DNA from: an uncultured candidate division Zixibacteria bacterium | Lineage (GTDB): Bacteria; Zixibacteria; MSB-5A5; GN15; FEB-12 | Direction of reading: 5' to 3' | Assembly: GCA_963806185.1 (NCBI GenBank) | Contig: CAWDXE010000007.1 | Coordinates: 768,001-832,000 of the forward strand | DNA: 64,000 nucleotides | Part shown: positions 60,205-64,000 of the stretch, in pieces | How positions within the stretch are numbered: the stretch's first letter is position 1 | Layout: every line of letters begins with the position of its first letter | Translations under genes and position numbers: made by a program | Notes under the pieces: model-generated | What the model saw: only the letters and a program-made list of their open reading frames with translations | Told to the model about the DNA's origin: nothing | Databases searched by the model: none

Positions 60205-61412
60205 GGCTTTTTCAGTTTTGCGATCTCTATCTGCGCCTGGTGAAGGGCCTCGCTCGCGAGGCCGTCGTTGAAGACCACTTCTTCAACCGCCTTCTCGAGA
60301 ATATCTTCGATCGCCGGCCATTGCGGCGTCACCGGCGGATATTTGGCGCTTTTAATCTGTTTGATAAACGTCACCAGATGCGGGTCTCCTGCGAAAAACG
60401 GATCCTTCTGCGCCTCCAGACTCGATGGGTTCGCCGAATAATTCGCCCGGCAAAAACGCACCTGATTGGCCGGCTTGGTCATGAAGGCGATGAACTTCAG
60501 CGCCTCCTCTTTATACTGCGACTTCGCATTGACCGCCAGGAATTCACCGCCCATGAATGACAGCCCGGGCCCCTTCGATCCGGGAATCAGCGACGACATC
60601 AGGTTGAATTTCCGCTTCTCGTTTGCGATCCGCTTCAGTAGCCAATCACCGGAAATGATGAACCCGACCTTGCCGTCCAGAAAGGCATCTTCGATACCGC
60701 GTTGCGTCGCCACATATCCGGTCGAATCATGCAATGCCTTGTAGTAATTCAACGCGTCAATGGCATAATAGGACGATACCACGCAATACTTGCCGTCATC
60801 CGTGAATATATCGCTGCCCGATGACCAGAAAAACGGGAGATACTTCTTATAGAGCCGGTGTTTCTCGGCCGTATTGGACCCCCAGCCGAACAATGCCTTG
60901 CGATCGAGCAGGCGAATCCTGTACGCCGCCCCCAGCAAATCCATCGCCGTCGTCGGCACCCATTCCTGGCCGAATCCGGCTTTGGCCATCAGATCCCTGT
61001 TGCCGAACAGCACGCGCGTCCCCAGTATCCACGGCCAGGCGTACACCTTCCCCTGGTACGTCGCCATGCCCCACCCTTCAAATTGAGCGCTGTCGTGTGC
61101 TATTGCCGATGATATATCCAGCAACTGGTCATTCGCCGCAAACTGCGCCATCCAGTCGGATCCCATTTCGAACACATCCGGTCCGGTACCCGCCGAAAAC
61201 GATATCACCAGTTTCTCCTGGCCGTTTGCCCAGGTCAGGTCGGTAATCTTTACGGTGATGTCAGGATTGGCCGCCTCGAACTCCTTCACCAGGGAGTCTA
61301 TGGTCGGCTTGATTTCGGGATCGGTCCAGAACTGCCACCATTCCAGAGTCGTCGTCGCCTGAGCCGCTCCGGTCAACATGAGTAGTAGCAGAAATATGCG
61401 CACCAGATTCAT
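60201..61412 (-). CDS. Sugar ABC transporter extracellular solute-binding protein
   Basis: Signal peptide; FEAANPDI.V, GTGPDV, F.DGKVG..ISGDW. Confidence 0.9.
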   Translation of the reverse strand: MNLVRIFLLLLMLTGAAQATTTLEWWQFWTDPEIKPTIDSLVKEFEAANPDITVKITDLTWANGQEKLVISFSAGTGPDVFEMGSDWMAQFAANDQLLDISSAIAHDSAQFEGWGMATYQGKVYAWPWILGTRVLFGNRDLMAKAGFGQEWVPTTAMDLLGAAYRIRLLDRKALFGWGSNTAEKHRLYKKYLPFFWSSGSDIFTDDGKYCVVSSYYAIDALNYYKALHDSTGYVATQRGIEDAFLDGKVGFIISGDWLLKRIANEKRKFNLMSSLIPGSKGPGLSFMGGEFLAVNAKSQYKEEALKFIAFMTKPANQVRFCRANYSANPSSLEAQKDPFFAGDPHLVTFIKQIKSAKYPPVTPQWPAIEDILEKAVEEVVFNDGLASEALHQAQIEIAKLKKP

Positions 61413-61527
61413 GATCAATTTCCTATGTGTCAGCGGTTGTTGCGCCAATATATCGCCGCTCGACAGCCGGTCAACAATAAATCTTTTTGTTGCCCCTGAC
61501 TCGGCGCTTTCTCAATCTTGTTCGTGG

Positions 61528-62337
61528 ATGCTGATACTCTTGATTCCCATCCTCATACAGACCGAACCGGCCTGGTTTGATCAGGGCAAACTTGTCGTAC
61601 TGCTCGCCGCCCTTATCTCGACCGCCATCGTCTTGTACACCACCTTCCACCGGGCCAGCCGGGATCGCTTCAAAGTCCGTCAGATTTCCGGTCTCAAAGC
61701 GGTTGAGGAGGCCATCGGCCGAGCCACCGAAATGGCCCGCCCGGTCGTTTTCACACCGGGATGGGGGGGAGATATCCAGCGCCCAACCACCATCGCTTCG
61801 CTCAATATCCTGGCCTACGTCGCCGAGAAGACTGCTCAATACGATTGCGCCCTCATCTTTCCCACCCATGATCCGGTCATCATGACCGTCGCGCAGGAGG
61901 TGGCCCGGGAAAGCTACGCCCGCTCCGGCTTCGCCGATCGATTTCACGAGGAGAATTATCAATACGTTTCCTCGTCGCAATTCGGCTACGCCGCCGCCGT
62001 CGAGGGTATCATCAGTCGCCAGAAACCCGCCTCGGTGTTTCTATTGGGCACCTTCGAGGCTGAGTCGCTCATTCTCGCCGAGACCGGCAACGCCGTCGGC
62101 GCCATCCAGATCGCGGGCACCGATTCCACCATCCAACTTGCCTTTTTTATCGTCGCCTGCGATTACACGTTGATCGGCGAGGAATTGTTCGCCGCCTCCG
62201 GTTACCTCTCCGGTGACCGCTCCATCCTGGCCTCCGTCCGCGCTCAGGATATTCTCAAAGTCATCCTGATCGGGCTGCTGCTTCTCGCTTCGATCTGGGC
62301 GTCGATTAATCCGTCTGCTACCTGGTGGAAAATCTGA
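61528..62337 (+). CDS. Conserved membrane protein (DUF6754-like)
   Basis: R.I.GL.A.EEAIGRATEM, ESLILAETG...GAIQIAGT, CDYTLIGEELFAASGYL; TM helices at both ends. Start ATG 61528. Confidence 0.7.
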   Translation: MLILLIPILIQTEPAWFDQGKLVVLLAALISTAIVLYTTFHRASRDRFKVRQISGLKAVEEAIGRATEMARPVVFTPGWGGDIQRPTTIASLNILAYVAEKTAQYDCALIFPTHDPVIMTVAQEVARESYARSGFADRFHEENYQYVSSSQFGYAAAVEGIISRQKPASVFLLGTFEAESLILAETGNAVGAIQIAGTDSTIQLAFFIVACDYTLIGEELFAASGYLSGDRSILASVRAQDILKVILIGLLLLASIWASINPSATWWKI

Positions 62338-63083
62338 TGAATCGCCGCCTCGCTCAGCTTGCCTGCGGCGCCTTCGGCGTCATCCTGTTCTTGCTCTACT
62401 TTTCCCGGCACCCGGTCGCCCGCTCGATGTATCAGACGATTCTCGACGATTACTGGCAAATCATTGCCGCTTTCGCCCTCGTCGTCGGCGTCGTCAGTTA
62501 CTTGAAAATCAGTCTGGTCGGCATACAACGAAACGATCAGCGCTTCTTCCGCATCGTCGGGCTTCTCGGTCTGTTTGCCATGCCGGTCTTTGCCGCACTC
62601 TGGGGCATTCAGGGCGGCACCCCGTTCATGTGGACGTTCGAGAATATCCAGGTGCCGATTCAATCGACCGTCTTTGCCCTGCTCGCCTTCTTCGTTGCTT
62701 CTGCTTCCTATCGCGGCTTCCGCGCCCGCTCCTTGCCGGCGACTGTGTTGCTGATCGCCGCGCTCTTACTCCTGCTAACCCGGTCGAATATCGGCGGCTC
62801 CGGCTTCGCCTGGCTCGGTGACTTCACCGACTGGCTGCGAAACTATCCGTCAATGTCCGCCCGTCGCGCCATCCTGATCGGCATCGGCCTCGGCTCGCTC
62901 ACCACGTCGTTGCGCGTGATATTGGGTATCGAACGGAATTGGCTGGGGGGAGTCGATGAAACTCGAATCCCGCCACTGGACTTTTCTCGGCCTATTCGTC
63001 GTCGTCGTGCTTACGATGAGTCTGGGGATCGATCTGAAAATGCCCGCCTCCAAAGAGGTCCGTCAGTTCTACAACTACATTGA
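62337..63083 (+). CDS. Multi-pass membrane protein of unknown function
   Basis: ATG overlaps the upstream TGA; FALLAFFVASASYRGFRAR, RRAILIGIGLG...R.ILGIER. The last ~40 codons overlap the next gene. Confidence 0.75.
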   Translation: MNRRLAQLACGAFGVILFLLYFSRHPVARSMYQTILDDYWQIIAAFALVVGVVSYLKISLVGIQRNDQRFFRIVGLLGLFAMPVFAALWGIQGGTPFMWTFENIQVPIQSTVFALLAFFVASASYRGFRARSLPATVLLIAALLLLLTRSNIGGSGFAWLGDFTDWLRNYPSMSARRAILIGIGLGSLTTSLRVILGIERNWLGGVDETRIPPLDFSRPIRRRRAYDESGDRSENARLQRGPSVLQLH

Positions 63084-63765
63084 TTCCTTGCCTCCCGGCT
63101 CGACCCTGATCGTCTCGTTCGATCACGAGGCCTCCGCACTGCCCGAAATCCGCCCCCTTGCGCTCGCTGTCCTACGCCACATCTTCGCCAAAGGTCACAA
63201 AGTGATCGGCGTCGCTCTCCTCGCCGAGGGCACCGCGATCGGCTACCGCCTCATGGACCAGGTTGCTCAGGAAACGGGGAAGACCTACGGCACCGACTAC
63301 GTCTATCTCGGTTTTCAGCCGCAGTACATAGCCGCCATCCTCTCGATGGGCGAATCAATCACCACTACCTTTCCGAAAGACTATCTAGGTCATCCCAGCG
63401 CCACTCTGCCCATGCTCGCCACCGTCAGAAATTACGCCGACATAGCCGCGGCCGTCTCTATTGCCGATGGTAATCTGACCACCCATTGGATGGAGTACGC
63501 CGGTGCCCGCTACAATCTCCGCGTCGTGGCTGCCGTCACTGCGGCGATGGTCACGACCTACGACCCGTACCTGTCTTCCGGCCAGCTCTACGCCATGTTT
63601 GGCGGCTTGCGCGGCGCGGCTGAGTATGAACAGCTCCTCGGACAGCCCGGCAGCGGGACGCGGGCTATGCTCGCCCAATCCAGCGCCCACATCTACATTG
63701 CTCTGCTGGTGATACTCGGGAACGTCGTTTTCTTTATCGCCCGCCGAAAGAGGGGAGAGCGCTGA
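62956..63765 (+). CDS. Conserved membrane-anchored protein of unknown function
   Basis: N- and C-terminal TM helices; YGTDYVYLGF, PYLSSGQL..GGLRGAAEYE. Confidence 0.8.
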   Translation: MKLESRHWTFLGLFVVVVLTMSLGIDLKMPASKEVRQFYNYIDSLPPGSTLIVSFDHEASALPEIRPLALAVLRHIFAKGHKVIGVALLAEGTAIGYRLMDQVAQETGKTYGTDYVYLGFQPQYIAAILSMGESITTTFPKDYLGHPSATLPMLATVRNYADIAAAVSIADGNLTTHWMEYAGARYNLRVVAAVTAAMVTTYDPYLSSGQLYAMFGGLRGAAEYEQLLGQPGSGTRAMLAQSSAHIYIALLVILGNVVFFIARRKRGER

Positions 63766-64000
63766 TGGACTGGGGCACTATCGTCGCCGGCCTCCTGACA
63801 CTCGCGGTTCTCACCTTCCTCTACCGCGACAACCCGATTTACAAATTTGCCGAATACTTGCTGGTCGGCGTCTCGATCGGCTACGTCATCGTGATCGCCT
63901 GGACAAACACCCTCACGGCCAAGCTTCTCACCCCGCTTTTTGAGAACGGTGATCTTGCCCTGGTCGTGCCGTTTCTACTCGGCCTCATGATGTTCGGCCG
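63765..64000 (+). CDS. Conserved membrane protein, N-terminal part (runs off window end)
   Basis: Manual translation from the ATG overlapping TGA 63765: MDWGTIVAGLLTLAVLTFLYRDNPIYKFAEYLLVGVSIGY...; GGGGAG SD. Confidence 0.78.
   Translation, partial: MDWGTIVAGLLTLAVLTFLYRDNPIYKFAEYLLVGVSIGYVIVIAWTNTLTAKLLTPLFENGDLALVVPFLLGLMMFG

Overview
High-GC bacterial chromosomal window with about 45 CDS and one tRNA-Leu(CAA). I found no CRISPR array, rRNA or recognisable mobile element. The source is most likely an FCB-superphylum organism such as candidate division Zixibacteria. This is an inference from the repeated Cys-bracketed dockerin-like C-terminal tags and a T9SS-type C-terminal domain. From left to right the window holds: the 5' end of rsgA with a structured leader; a LytS/LytTR two-component system flanked by secreted dockerin-tagged proteins whose promoters share 21-bp-periodic ACTGCA boxes; an HI0933-family flavoprotein; alpha-2-macroglobulin with pbpC; a HAMP kinase and sigma54 activator followed by a sigma54 promoter upstream of a receiver-HPF/RaiA-like fusion; a dockerin-tagged multiheme cytochrome; a Wzm/Wzt surface-polysaccharide cluster; a four-gene module (ECF sigma, zinc-finger anti-sigma, TPR-CHAT protease, large secreted S8 protease with alternating dockerin- and cohesin-like modules); housekeeping genes (PBP1A, tyrS, MscS, OmpA, sugar ABC transporter); and the start of an uncharacterised membrane-protein operon. 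The best candidates for an undescribed system are the CRISPR-independent sigma/anti-sigma/CHAT-protease/S8 module and a possible non-cellulosomal dockerin-cohesin surface complex. All domain calls were made by eye from motifs; no database search was run.
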